Of a stretch of DNA of 64,000 bases, positions 19,684-30,339 are shown piece after piece. Both the position numbers and the translations under genes were made by a program. The stretch is taken from the NCBI GenBank assembly GCA_031282525.1, contig JAITDN010000001.1:37977-101976 (forward strand), in the 5' to 3' direction. Under the pieces are notes generated by a model that searched no databases, had not been told where the DNA came from, and worked only from the letters and a program-made list of their open reading frames with translations. This DNA is from Candidatus Endomicrobiellum basalitermitum (lineage in GTDB: Bacteria; Elusimicrobiota; Endomicrobiia; Endomicrobiales; Endomicrobiaceae). Position 1 is the first letter of the stretch. Every line of letters starts with the position of its first letter.

Positions 19684-20613
19684 ATGAATGGAACTGTTAG
19701 AGAATTAAATTATTTAAAAAAAGAAATGAATGCTGTAATTTTAGCTCATGTTTATCAGCAACCTGAAATTCATGATATAGCAGATTTTGTTGGTGATTCT
19801 TTAGATTTGAGTAGAAAAGCCTTTCAAGTAAAAGCGGACATAATTGTTTTTTGTGGTGTTTATTTTATGGCGGAGATCGCAGCAATATTAAATCCTAATA
19901 AAAAAGTTCTAATTCCAGATATAAATGCCAATTGTCCTATGGCAGATATGATAACAGTTGAAAAGTTAAGAGAATTTAAATCACAATGCAAAAATCCGGT
20001 AGTTGTAGCTTATGTGAATACTTCTGCTGCAGTGAAAGCTGAAAGTGACATATGTTGTACATCTTCGAATGCAGTAGATATTGTAAAGAGTATTAAAAGC
20101 GGTAGAGAAATAATTTTTATTCCTGATAGAAATTTGGGTAGTTATGTCCAAAAAAAGTCTGGTATGGAAATGCAAATATGGAATGGATTCTGTCCTACAC
20201 ACAATAATTTTATTTTGCCAGAATATATTTTAAAAGCTAGAAAAGAACGTCCGTATGCTGAAGTTTTAGTACATCCAGAGTGTCGTCCAGAGGTCATATC
20301 TTTGACAGATCATATTATGTCAACAGGTATTATGTGTAGGTATGTTAAAGAGAGTTCTGCAAAGGAATTTATCATAGGAACGGAAAATGGAATTTTATAT
20401 AAGCTTAAAAAAGACAACCCGAATAAAAACTTTTATCCAGCATCGCCTCTTGCAATCTGTCCTAATATGAAAAAAAATACCTTGGCAAAAGTCAAGGATG
20501 TACTTATAAATATGAAAAATTTAATTTCTGTTCCAGATAATATAAGAGAAAAAGCTTACCATCCAGTTTTGAAAATGTTGAGAATTACACAAAGACAAAA
20601 AGGTTTCAAGTAA
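19684..20613 (+). CDS. nadA: quinolinate synthase
   Basis: ILAHVYQ, GDSLDLS, FCGVYFMAE, CPMAD, YVNTSA, GFCPTH, HPEC, CPNMK. Confidence 0.96.
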   Translation: MNGTVRELNYLKKEMNAVILAHVYQQPEIHDIADFVGDSLDLSRKAFQVKADIIVFCGVYFMAEIAAILNPNKKVLIPDINANCPMADMITVEKLREFKSQCKNPVVVAYVNTSAAVKAESDICCTSSNAVDIVKSIKSGREIIFIPDRNLGSYVQKKSGMEMQIWNGFCPTHNNFILPEYILKARKERPYAEVLVHPECRPEVISLTDHIMSTGIMCRYVKESSAKEFIIGTENGILYKLKKDNPNKNFYPASPLAICPNMKKNTLAKVKDVLINMKNLISVPDNIREKAYHPVLKMLRITQRQKGFK

Positions 20614-20922
20614 AGATGATATTACGAAATTGGCAGCATTTTATCAAATGAAAACTAGGTGTTTATATTGTAAAACTTAATAGAAACGCTTGAAAATGCG
20701 AATAAAGAAAAAAGATTGGGATAGTAATTTGATTTATAATAGCAGATATAAGACATGCTGATGTAGGTTTTTGTCATTATCTATAGTTCGAAATAAGACA
20801 TAAGTCTGGATCAGATATATAAATGATAAACCTCTCTAAATAAAGTGATTATTTATTGTGGATTAACTTAGTAGTGTGGAACATCAATTTTAAAATTCTT
20901 TTTTAGAGTTTAATTTAAATCC

Positions 20923-23328
20923 TTATCTTTTTTGTATAGTTTTAATATAAGAGGCAGCCCCCATAGCATCTCTAGCGTAAGCATCTGCTCTGATTTCTTT
21001 TGCAAACTTTTCAGTAACTGCAGCGCCACCTATAATGACCTTTGTTGGAATATGATTCATATCTCTTAATTTTACAATCGTTTCCATTTCAGGCATTGTG
21101 GTTGTCATAAGAGCTGAGAGTCCAATTGCTAGAGGGTTAATTTCATTAGCTTTGTCTATTATTTCCTGAGCATCAACATTTATACCCATATCTATAACCT
21201 CAAAACCATAACTCTCAAGTACTGCTCCTACTATATTTTTGCCTATATCATGCATATCGCCTTTGACTGTTGCCATTATAACTTTCCCAACGGAAGATGT
21301 TTCTTCTCTTTTTAAAATGGTTTTTATTGTACTAAAAGCTGCTTGAGCTGCCTGGGCGGACATAATTATCTGTGGTAAGAAGTATTCTTTTGCAGCAAAC
21401 CTCTCTCCGACGATATTCAAAGCCTTTAAAACATTGTCATTTACTGTTTTGAACGGATTGTCGTAAGATTCGATAATTTTATCTAAGATATTAATTACAG
21501 ATTCTTTGTTTCCGTTTAAGACCGAAAAATAGAGTTGTTTGTCTAGAGAAAGTTTTTTTGTTTCAGTTTTTGGTAAAACTTGTTTTGAAAAAGAAGAAAA
21601 AGCTTTCATATAATTAGTTGCGCCTTTGTCTTTGTTTTCAAGTAAGTTTTTGGCTAAATGATCGTCAATATCCCATTTTGCGTATGGATTGACAATTGCA
21701 AAATCAAGTCCAGCATCTACAGCCATTTTTAAGAAAGTTGAGTTAATTGTTTGTCTTGAAGGAAGACCGAAAGATACGTTTGAAACTCCTAAAACAAGCT
21801 TGCAGTCTGGATATATTTTTTTCGATTCCTTCATTGCTTTTAGTGTCTCCTGTATTTGCTCGGGTGAAGAGCTTACGGATAAAACAAGGTAATCAAAAAT
21901 AATATTTTTTCTTTCAAAATTGTAGTGGTCAGCAAAATTTAAAATCTTTTTGGCTATATTCAATCTTTCTTGTGCTGTTTTAGGTATTCCATTATCATCT
22001 GTTGTTAATGCGATAAGTGCTGTACCATAGCGTTTTGCTATAGGTAATATGGCGTTGAGCTTTGCTTGCTCACCATTTACGGAATTTATGATAGGTCTGC
22101 CAGCGCAGTTTTTAACTCCTTGTTCTAAAGCACTGATAGTACTTGAATCTATACATAAAGGAACCGGAACTATTTCTTGTAATTGATTAACGGCGTTTAC
22201 AAGGAGTTTTACTTCATCAACTCCTGGAACTCCCATATTTACATCTAACAAGTTTGCGTTTGATTGAACTTGTGAACGTGCTTCGTCTTTTATGGTTGAT
22301 AAATTGTTTTTAGATAATTCTTCTTGAAATTTTTTTCTATTAGTTGGGTTTATTCTTTCACCTATAAAAACAGGTCTTTTAATTTCATTTATGTCTATGG
22401 CTTTTATTCTTGTTGAGAGAAAATATTTGTTTTTTATTTTGCGCCTTTTGGGAGATTTGTTTTTAAGTTCGTTAGATAGAGATTTTATGAATTCAGGAGT
22501 TGTTCCACAGCAGCCACCTAATATATTAGTGCCATAAGAGTAGGCTTTTAGGCTTGCTTCTATAAATTCTTCTTTTGTTTCTGGGAATTTTGTTTCATGG
22601 TTGATTAATTCTGGAATTCCTGCATTAGGCTTAAAGGATACAGGCAGGTTTGTATTTTCACACAAAACTTTTACAAGTTCAGCCAATTCCATAGAACCTA
22701 TAGAGCAGTTTAATCCAATTGCATCAACGCCTAAACTTTCTGCCATTGTGATAAAACTTTTTAAGTCTGTTCCAGTAACTGCTGTCCCATCTGCAGAAAA
22801 AGTCATAGTGGCGATAATCGCGCCCTCAAAGTTGTCTTTTGCTGCGAGAATTGCCGCCTTAGTTTCTTTTATTTCAGTCATTGTTTCAATGATTATAATA
22901 TCTGCTCCGTGTTTTTGTAGAAGAGATGACTGTAATGCGAAAGTTTTATAAGCATCGTCAAAAGATAATGTGCCTAACGGTTCAATATATTCGCCAGTTG
23001 AAGACACATCACCAGCGACAATAATATGCGGAGAAATTTTTCTTGTTAAATCAATTCCCGCTTTTATTATATCTTCGGCTTTATCTAAGAGTTTGTGTTG
23101 TTGTAGTGTTATGGAGTTTGCTCCGAATGTATTTGTGAGAACTATATCTGCCCCTGCATTTATGTAAGAGGAATAAATTTCAGAGACTCTTTCAGGGAAT
23201 TTAATATTTAATTCTTCGGGGATTGTAACGTCGTCAAGATATTTTTTCTTTTGTAGTTCAGTTCCCATTGCTCCACTCATAATTAGCACTCGGTTCTTAA
23301 GCATGTTTAAAAAATTTGATTTGTTCAT
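20923..23328 (-). CDS. metH: cobalamin-dependent methionine synthase core (homocysteine-, folate- and B12-binding domains; no reactivation domain)
   Basis: GAMGTEL, TNTFGAN, GLNCSIG, GGCCGTTP, IGERINPT, LGVSNVSFGLP, GDMHDIGKNIV (DxHxxG). Confidence 0.9.
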   Translation of the reverse strand: MNKSNFLNMLKNRVLIMSGAMGTELQKKKYLDDVTIPEELNIKFPERVSEIYSSYINAGADIVLTNTFGANSITLQQHKLLDKAEDIIKAGIDLTRKISPHIIVAGDVSSTGEYIEPLGTLSFDDAYKTFALQSSLLQKHGADIIIIETMTEIKETKAAILAAKDNFEGAIIATMTFSADGTAVTGTDLKSFITMAESLGVDAIGLNCSIGSMELAELVKVLCENTNLPVSFKPNAGIPELINHETKFPETKEEFIEASLKAYSYGTNILGGCCGTTPEFIKSLSNELKNKSPKRRKIKNKYFLSTRIKAIDINEIKRPVFIGERINPTNRKKFQEELSKNNLSTIKDEARSQVQSNANLLDVNMGVPGVDEVKLLVNAVNQLQEIVPVPLCIDSSTISALEQGVKNCAGRPIINSVNGEQAKLNAILPIAKRYGTALIALTTDDNGIPKTAQERLNIAKKILNFADHYNFERKNIIFDYLVLSVSSSPEQIQETLKAMKESKKIYPDCKLVLGVSNVSFGLPSRQTINSTFLKMAVDAGLDFAIVNPYAKWDIDDHLAKNLLENKDKGATNYMKAFSSFSKQVLPKTETKKLSLDKQLYFSVLNGNKESVINILDKIIESYDNPFKTVNDNVLKALNIVGERFAAKEYFLPQIIMSAQAAQAAFSTIKTILKREETSSVGKVIMATVKGDMHDIGKNIVGAVLESYGFEVIDMGINVDAQEIIDKANEINPLAIGLSALMTTTMPEMETIVKLRDMNHIPTKVIIGGAAVTEKFAKEIRADAYARDAMGAASYIKTIQKR

Positions 23329-23489
23329 TTAATATCCTAATTTATACACACTCGTCTATCAGTTGTATGACTTAGAGTGTAAGGTTTTTACTGATCTAGA
23401 AAATTATTTAAAAAAAAGGTATCATTTAAGCTGTATACCGTTTGGTTTTAATACTTCTTCTCTGTTTTTATTTTATTAATAAATATTTT

Positions 23490-24116
23490 TTAAACTGTCG
23501 CATTACAAGCTAACTTTTTGATTCCTATCAAAGCTGAAACAGACTTTTCAGGTTTCATATGATAAGATTTATTTAAAGTAATTCCTATACGTGTTGTACC
23601 GATCCAATTTAAGAATTGTTTATTGGCTTCAAGTGACCAATCGCCATACCCTGGAGAGTATCTTCTCGTTAATATATTGTCATTTTTTTCTTCGTAAGCT
23701 TTGATTTGTGAGTTGGCAAGAGTTATGGTTTCCTCTGCAGCCACAGAGCCTGCTGCATCTAATATTAGAGCTTCAAAAATTTCTCTTTTTTTTAAGCAGT
23801 CGTCTCTTTTTTTTTCTAATGCGTTGCCTATAGTTACAACAATTCCGTATGCTTTGAAACAGTTCTTTAAAAGTGTTGCGATATTATTGCTTTTAATTTT
23901 ATATCCATTTTCAAATGAAACTAAATTTCCATGTAATGTAATGTTCTCAACTGCGATTGCCGACTTAGGTTTAATAAGTTTTTGAGCTAAGCTTAAATTT
24001 TCTCTTATTGAACTAATAATTTTTATATCAAGTCTAGTTTTATTGTGTGAATATCCCAATCTTGCAAGTAATTCATTGTAATGGATTTCTACAGTTGAAA
24101 CATTTACCATAATCAA
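23490..24116 (-). CDS. stand-alone methionine synthase AdoMet reactivation domain
   Basis: ALILDAAGSVAAE, RRYSPGYGDW, MKPEKSVSALIG; directly upstream of the metH core. Confidence 0.85.
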   Translation of the reverse strand: MIMVNVSTVEIHYNELLARLGYSHNKTRLDIKIISSIRENLSLAQKLIKPKSAIAVENITLHGNLVSFENGYKIKSNNIATLLKNCFKAYGIVVTIGNALEKKRDDCLKKREIFEALILDAAGSVAAEETITLANSQIKAYEEKNDNILTRRYSPGYGDWSLEANKQFLNWIGTTRIGITLNKSYHMKPEKSVSALIGIKKLACNATV

Positions 24117-24501
24117 ATATTCTACAAAAATTATTTATACAAGTAAAAAGTAAATATATTGTAATAAACAAAAAAAAGTAAAATATTAAAGCTTTTGATA
24201 ATATTTCTAGAAAATTATAAAACTAACTAGCTTTGACAATAAGAGAATGAGATATTTTCTTGATTTGAATTATAATTATGTACAATCATAAACTGTGTAG
24301 TTGTGTTAAAGTGTTGTTATTGTAATAGCGATTTTATTATGTTTTCAGAAGAAAGGAAAAATAAAGTTATGAAAATAGTTTTACAGGGCAGAGTATAAGA
24401 AGGACAACCTATCTTGCTATCTTTATTTGAATATAATTTCATATTTTAGCGTTTTACAGTTTTTCTTATAACTAGTTTATTATTTCAAATTGTCTTTTTA
24501 A

Positions 24502-24531
24502 TTGACAGTTGAAATTGTCTTTTTATACAAT
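24502..24531 (+). promoter_or_regulatory. sigma70-like promoter for the hldD/LPS operon
   Basis: TTGACA-N18-TACAAT about 30 nt upstream of the hldD ATG; bracketed by a 14-bp direct repeat. Confidence 0.55.
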
Positions 24532-24559
24532 GAAGGTTTGTAAATAATAAGAGGTTTTA

Positions 24560-25522
24560 ATGATAATATTAACCGGTGGAGCGGGGTTTATAGGTAGTTG
24601 TTTCCTGTGGAAATTAAATAAGGAGGGCATAAAAGATATTTTAGTTGTTGATCATCTCGGCAATGATGAAAAATGGAAAAATTTAACGGGTAAAATTTTT
24701 TACGATTATATACAAAAAGACGATTTTTTGGATGCTGTAATAAGGAGACAGATATCAAAACCACAAATTATTATCCATCTTGGAGCTTGTAGCTCTACGA
24801 CTATTAATGATGCGGGTTATTACATAAAAAATAATTACAATTATTCTAAAATTCTTGCTTCATGGGCTTTTGAATTGGGAATTCCTTTTATTTATGCTTC
24901 ATCTGCTGCAACTTATGGGAGAGGTGAATGTGGTTGCGATGATGATATATCAAAAATAAAAGATTTATCGCCTTTAAATATGTACGGCTTTTCAAAGCAT
25001 ATCTTTGACTTGTGGCTTTTGAATAACAATCATCTCAATAAAGTTACTGGTATAAAGTTTTTCAATGTTTTTGGCCCTAATGAATATCATAAAGGTGATA
25101 TGCGTAGCGTTATTTGTAGAAATTACAGCGCTGTATTTGACGATGGGCTCATTAGGTTATTTAAATCTTACGATAAAAATTATGCGAATGGGGAACAATC
25201 CAGAGATTTTGTGTATATTAAAGATGTTGTAGACGTTATGTATTTTCTGTTTAAAAATCATTCAAAAACTGGTATTTTTAATTTGGGTTCTGGAAAGTCT
25301 AGTACATGGAATGCCGTAGCTAAATCCATGTTTTTAGTGGCTGGAAAGAAAAGAAACATAGAATACGTTGAAATGCCTAATTGTCTAAAACTTAAATATC
25401 AGTATTTTACGCAAGCAAAGATAAATAAACTTATAGATATAGGATATACCAAGCCTTTTATGAAACTTGAAGATTCCATTAGGGATTATTGTATTTATTT
25501 GAAGGATAAATCTTACTTATAA
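24560..25522 (+). CDS. hldD: ADP-L-glycero-D-manno-heptose 6-epimerase
   Basis: TGGAGFIGS, GACSST, YASSAATYG, PLNMYGFSK, FFNVFGPNEYHKG, YQYFTQA. Confidence 0.95.
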   Translation: MIILTGGAGFIGSCFLWKLNKEGIKDILVVDHLGNDEKWKNLTGKIFYDYIQKDDFLDAVIRRQISKPQIIIHLGACSSTTINDAGYYIKNNYNYSKILASWAFELGIPFIYASSAATYGRGECGCDDDISKIKDLSPLNMYGFSKHIFDLWLLNNNHLNKVTGIKFFNVFGPNEYHKGDMRSVICRNYSAVFDDGLIRLFKSYDKNYANGEQSRDFVYIKDVVDVMYFLFKNHSKTGIFNLGSGKSSTWNAVAKSMFLVAGKKRNIEYVEMPNCLKLKYQYFTQAKINKLIDIGYTKPFMKLEDSIRDYCIYLKDKSYL

Positions 25523-25535
25523 ATAACTTGTTATT

Positions 25536-26528
25536 ATGAGGCAAATAAAACTTTTAAAATTTGTATATTTATTCAAAGAACAAACTATCCTAGTTGTAGG
25601 TGATGTGATGGTTGACAAGTTTATTTGGGGTAAGACAAGAAGGATTTCTCCAGAAGCTCCTGTTCCGATTATAGAGATTACAGAGGAGACTGAAAGTCTT
25701 GGAGGAGCTGCCAATGTTGCAAATAATATAACTGCTTTAGGTGGGAAAGCATTTATTGTAGGCGTGATAGATAAAGATGTTATAGGTAACTCTTTAATTA
25801 AAATGCTTTTAAAAGAAAGGGTAAATTCGGATTATTTGGTTTATGATTCTCAAAGACCGACAATTTTGAAAACAAGGATCATAGCTGCAAATCAACAAAT
25901 TGTGAGGATGGATAGGGAGAAAAAAGGTTTTTTTGATTGTGAAATTGAATCTAAAATTATAGAAAATATAGAAAAACTCATAACTAAGGTGAATGCTGTT
26001 GTGATTTCTGACTATGGCAAAGGAGTTATAAGTCCAAAAATTCTCAAAAGAACAATTTATCTTGCGAGGAAATATGGAATTTGTATTACAGTGGATCCTA
26101 AAATATATAATTTCAAGAAATACAAGAAAGTTACGGTAGTAACTCCAAACGAAAATGAAGCCATTGAGGGAATGAATGCAAAAAATATAAAAACTGACGA
26201 GGATATAACCACGCTTGGCGTAAAAATTCTTGAGACTCTAAATTCAAAAGCAGTTCTTATTACACGCAGTGAGAAGGGCATGATGCTTATTCAATCTAAA
26301 AATAGGATCACAAATATTCCTACAAGAGCAAAAGAAGTATTTGATGTTACCGGTGCAGGTGATACTGTTATATCTGCGATGACTTTAGCATTAGCTGCAA
26401 AAGCGGATTTAATAAATTCTGCTGAAATCGCAAATTTTGCCGCTGGATTGGTTATTGGTAAACTTGGAACTGCGACAATAAATCAACATGAGTTGATAAA
26501 GACAATAATGGATTTCTATAGAAAATGA
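25536..26528 (+). CDS. rfaE1: D-glycero-D-manno-heptose-7-phosphate kinase (HldE kinase domain only)
   Basis: GDVMVD, RISPEAPVP, GGAANVA, SDYGKG, DVTGAGDT. Confidence 0.92.
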   Translation: MRQIKLLKFVYLFKEQTILVVGDVMVDKFIWGKTRRISPEAPVPIIEITEETESLGGAANVANNITALGGKAFIVGVIDKDVIGNSLIKMLLKERVNSDYLVYDSQRPTILKTRIIAANQQIVRMDREKKGFFDCEIESKIIENIEKLITKVNAVVISDYGKGVISPKILKRTIYLARKYGICITVDPKIYNFKKYKKVTVVTPNENEAIEGMNAKNIKTDEDITTLGVKILETLNSKAVLITRSEKGMMLIQSKNRITNIPTRAKEVFDVTGAGDTVISAMTLALAAKADLINSAEIANFAAGLVIGKLGTATINQHELIKTIMDFYRK

Positions 26529-27247
26529 AAGTAGCTGTAATTATACCATCGAGGTATGGATCAAGTAGATTCCCCGGTAAACCCTTGATTTTGATAAAAA
26601 AGAAACCTCTTATACAGCATACTCTAGAGCGAGTTAAAAAATGTAAGAAAGTTGATTTTATGGCAGTTATAACTGACGACAAGCGTATTTACAATGTTGT
26701 TAAAAAGCTAGGATTTAGTGTATTTATGACACCTAAAACATGTAAAAGTGGTACGGATAGAGTAGCTTTTGCGGCTTCAAAATTTTTTAAAAGTTACGAT
26801 ATTTTTATTAATGTACAAGGCGATGAGCCCTTGATAGATACTAAACTTATAGATGAGTTGGCAGTTTTACTAAAAAAAAATAAGTCCCTTGAGTATGTGA
26901 CGGCTGCTTTTCAAATAGTTGAAAAAGAAGTTATAGAAAGTCCTAATAATATTAAAGTTGTTTTTGATAGATATGGATATGCACTGTATTTTTCAAGGTT
27001 TGCAATACCTTATAATAGAGATAATGCAGATGTTAGATATTACAAACATATTGGAGTGTATGGATACAGGAGAAAATTTTTGTTAAATTTTTCAAAGAAT
27101 AATGTTTCATTTTTAGAGAAAGCTGAAAATCTTGAGCAGTTAAGAGCCTTAGAAAATGGAAAAAAAATAAAAGTTGTTATGTCAAAATGCGATTCTATAG
27201 GGATTGATACGCCTGATGATATTTTAAAAGTTGAGAAATATTTATAA
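26525..27247 (+). CDS. kdsB: 3-deoxy-manno-octulosonate cytidylyltransferase
   Basis: IPSRYGSSRFPGKPL, SGTDR, NVQGDEP, ALYFSR, LEQLRALENG. Confidence 0.96.
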   Translation: MKVAVIIPSRYGSSRFPGKPLILIKKKPLIQHTLERVKKCKKVDFMAVITDDKRIYNVVKKLGFSVFMTPKTCKSGTDRVAFAASKFFKSYDIFINVQGDEPLIDTKLIDELAVLLKKNKSLEYVTAAFQIVEKEVIESPNNIKVVFDRYGYALYFSRFAIPYNRDNADVRYYKHIGVYGYRRKFLLNFSKNNVSFLEKAENLEQLRALENGKKIKVVMSKCDSIGIDTPDDILKVEKYL

Positions 27248-27347
27248 TTACTTTTATAAGTTTATAATTCGTAAGTATGTTGTAATGTAGTTTATTTTTA
27301 GGTAAATTTCTATATATTTGTTACTTATAATAAAAAGGGAATTAAAA

Positions 27348-28202
27348 ATGTTTAATAAACAGGTAAAAGTCGGAGAAAATAAAAACATTATTCTTTCAAA
27401 TGATAGGTCTATTGTTGTTATAGCGGGACCATGTGTGATTGAGAGTGAGAAACAAGCTTTAAGTTTAGCTTTAAGTTTGAAGGAAATAACGTCACAGCTT
27501 GAAGTTCCTTTCATTTTTAAAACCTCCTACGATAAAGCGAACCGTTCGTTAGATTGCTCTTATAGAGGGCCAGGTATTGAAAAAGGTCTTGAAATTCTTA
27601 CTAGAATTAAAAGAGAATTAAGTTTAACTGTTATTACAGATGTTCACACTGAAATTCAGGTTCCGAAAGTTGCTCAAGTCGTAGATTTGCTTCAAGTTCC
27701 TGCGTTTTTGTCACGTCAAACAGATTTAATAAAAGCATGTGCTCTCACTGGTAAGCCTGTTAATATTAAAAAAGGTCAATTTCTATCTCCTGATGATATG
27801 TTTAATGTGGTTAAGAAGGCTGAGAATTGTGGTACTAAGGATTTGTTGCTTACTGAGAGGGGGGTTTCTTTTGGATATCATAATCTTGTGGTAGATTTTA
27901 GAGGATTAGAAATAATGAAACAAACAGGCTATCCTATCATTTTTGACGCTACACATAGCGTTCAACTTCCTGGTAGTCGTGGGGTATGTAGTGGTGGGAA
28001 TAGAGAATTTGTTTTGCCTCTTTCAAGAGCAGCTACGGCTCTTGGAATTGCAGCATTGTTTTTAGAAGTTCATGATAATCCTAGTGAAGCACTTTCAGAT
28101 GGAGAAAATAGTGTTGACTTGAAATCTTTTAAGCAGATACTTAAATATGTAAAAGTCATAGATAGGTCGGTAAAAGAATATGGGAAAGATGTTGTGTTAT
28201 GA
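27348..28202 (+). CDS. kdsA: KDO-8-phosphate synthase
   Basis: IAGPCVIES, YDKANRS, VPAFLSRQTD, KKGQFL, FDATHSVQ; start at ATG 27348 with AAGGGA. Confidence 0.96.
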   Translation: MFNKQVKVGENKNIILSNDRSIVVIAGPCVIESEKQALSLALSLKEITSQLEVPFIFKTSYDKANRSLDCSYRGPGIEKGLEILTRIKRELSLTVITDVHTEIQVPKVAQVVDLLQVPAFLSRQTDLIKACALTGKPVNIKKGQFLSPDDMFNVVKKAENCGTKDLLLTERGVSFGYHNLVVDFRGLEIMKQTGYPIIFDATHSVQLPGSRGVCSGGNREFVLPLSRAATALGIAALFLEVHDNPSEALSDGENSVDLKSFKQILKYVKVIDRSVKEYGKDVVL

Positions 28203-28362
28203 AGTTAAAAAAAGATGGTTTAAGTAAATTTAAGGATTAGTGGTGGTGATACATGGCACAATAATTTTTTAAGATTCTGATATTTTTAATTTGAATAGAG
28301 TAAGCTCCTTCTTAGATGTTATTTCTAAATTTAAACATTAAATATAGGGATATGGTAAATGA

Positions 28363-28908
28363 ATGATGAAAATTAAAAGAGATATTATAGAAAAAGCAGA
28401 AAAAGTTAAACTTTTAGCCAGTGATGTAGATGGTGTTTTAACACGTGGTGAATTAATAATTTTAAATAACTGTGAAGAAATAAAAGTATGGAATGTTAAA
28501 GATGGAACGGGCTATAATGAGCTTTTTAAAACGCAGCCTAGAATTGAGACTGCGTGGATAACTGGTAGGCAATCTCTTCAAGTTGAAGAGCGTGCAAAAG
28601 ATATGAGTATTGACTACCTTGTACAAGGTTGTATGAATAAAATGTCGGCTTTGAAAAAAATATTAAAAAAAAATGGTTTTAATACTTCTGAGGTGGCGTA
28701 TATTGGTGATGATATAGTAGATATATCTGTACTGAAAACGGTAGGGTTGTCAATATGCCCAATGAATGCCTGTGAAGAAGTAAAAAAACATGTTGATTAT
28801 GTTTCAGTTTTTAACGGTGGTGAAGGTGTTGTGAGAGAAGTGATAGAACTTATTATGAAGACTAAAGGTGAATGGGAAAAAGCTTTGAGTAGTTATAATG
28901 AGCAATGA
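28363..28908 (+). CDS. kdsC: KDO-8-phosphate phosphatase (HAD)
   Basis: DVDGVLT, ITGR, YIGDDIVD, GGEGVVRE. Confidence 0.92.
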   Translation: MMKIKRDIIEKAEKVKLLASDVDGVLTRGELIILNNCEEIKVWNVKDGTGYNELFKTQPRIETAWITGRQSLQVEERAKDMSIDYLVQGCMNKMSALKKILKKNGFNTSEVAYIGDDIVDISVLKTVGLSICPMNACEEVKKHVDYVSVFNGGEGVVREVIELIMKTKGEWEKALSSYNEQ

Positions 28909-29117
28909 ATGAGATTTATATAATAATTTGTCAGTATCAGGGTTTATTGTATAAGATGAATATTTGTTTTAAAGCCATGGTTTTGTAAAAAAAACTTTAT
29001 ATGAGTAATAAAGTTTTATATTATGGAGTTATAAAGAATTTTAAATAGTTGGGAGTGTTTTGTAAATAATAAAGATAAATTTATTATTTATTTTTTTCTC
29101 TTTGGATCTGGAGATGT

Positions 29118-29639
29118 ATGTTTTATAAAAATTATAACATATTGCCTGTAGTAATAATATTTTCTATTTTTTTATTTTCATGTTATAAACCTGAGAGAGT
29201 TATAGTTGAGAAAAATTTACCTACTTATGATCAAAAAGTGGAAGAATTTGTAGTAACGCGACTCTATAAAGGGAAAGTTAATATGATTGTAGAGGGGAAA
29301 TCCGCTATTATAGATGCTAAAAATATTGCTTATTTGGACAATCCTCTAATAAGGTTTTATGATGAAGGAAAATATGTTTCAAATCTAATTGCTGAAAGTA
29401 TCATGGTAAATATGGAAACATATGATGTTAAATGTAGTGGCGAATGTGTTATGAATACTATAAACAGTGAAAACTTGCAAACTACAAATTTAATGTATGA
29501 TGCTAAAAACAATTTGATTTACAGCGATAATGATGTTAAGTTTATAAAACCTGGTGAAACAGTGTATGGTACGGGTTTTAAGTCAGATATAAAGCTAAAT
29601 GATATCGTTATTAAAAACCAGAAGGTTTTAATTGATTAA
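29118..29639 (+). CDS. lptC: LPS export periplasmic protein LptC
   Basis: N-terminal anchor, beta-rich body (LQTTNLMYD, IYSDNDV, VYGTGF); sits between kdsC and lptA/lptB. Confidence 0.75.
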   Translation: MFYKNYNILPVVIIFSIFLFSCYKPERVIVEKNLPTYDQKVEEFVVTRLYKGKVNMIVEGKSAIIDAKNIAYLDNPLIRFYDEGKYVSNLIAESIMVNMETYDVKCSGECVMNTINSENLQTTNLMYDAKNNLIYSDNDVKFIKPGETVYGTGFKSDIKLNDIVIKNQKVLID

Positions 29640-30339
29640 GCTAAGTAAAATATTTTTTATTACCTTTTTTATTTTTGGGGCTATTATCTTTTGTTTTGTT
29701 GATCGTGCCTTGTGTAGGGTTGTTATAACTGGAGATAGAATGGAAATAAAAAATAAAGGAGAAGTTACAATTTTTAAAGGGAATTCAAAGATTAGTAGCG
29801 ATTTAAATACAATAACAGCTAGTAATGTAATTTATAATAAAAGTAAATATGTTGTTTCGGCTTACGGCGACGTTAGATTTTTGTCAAATTTGAAAGACAA
29901 TAAAAAAACGATCGAAGGTTATGGAAATTTTGCACGCTATGATATGAATGGAAAAAAGGGAAAAATCTGGGGAGATGCTATATTAAAATTAAAACATTTT
30001 GCGAATAATTCAAATTTAACCACCATTACTATATGTGCTCGTGAAGTTTATATTGACGATAATCTGAAAACTTTGAAGGCTTGTAACGATGTCGAGGTTG
30101 TAACTTCTTATGGTAAGGTTTATTCAGATAATGCTGTTTTTTCTCAAAAAGAGGATTTATATACAGTTTTTGAAAAAGATAAGAAAAGACCAGTGGCTAA
30201 TATTTTTCATGATGGCGGGAAAGGTGTTTATAAGGCAGATAAAATGGTTTTTTGTGATTCAAAAGAAAAAAAAAGAATAATTATGAGTGGTTTAGTTGAA
30301 GTAAAAATTGAAATGGAAGATAAAAAAAGTGATACTTAG
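29632..30339 (+). CDS. lptA: LptA/OstA-family LPS transport protein
   Basis: Signal peptide, VITGDRM, repeated A-x-G-D-V beta motifs; between lptC and lptB. Confidence 0.65.
   Translation: MIKLSKIFFITFFIFGAIIFCFVDRALCRVVITGDRMEIKNKGEVTIFKGNSKISSDLNTITASNVIYNKSKYVVSAYGDVRFLSNLKDNKKTIEGYGNFARYDMNGKKGKIWGDAILKLKHFANNSNLTTITICAREVYIDDNLKTLKACNDVEVVTSYGKVYSDNAVFSQKEDLYTVFEKDKKRPVANIFHDGGKGVYKADKMVFCDSKEKKRIIMSGLVEVKIEMEDKKSDT

Noticed and set aside
24117-24480. Cobalamin or SAM riboswitch upstream of the metH genes
   Set aside because: AT-rich; I could not see a B12-box or S-box core.
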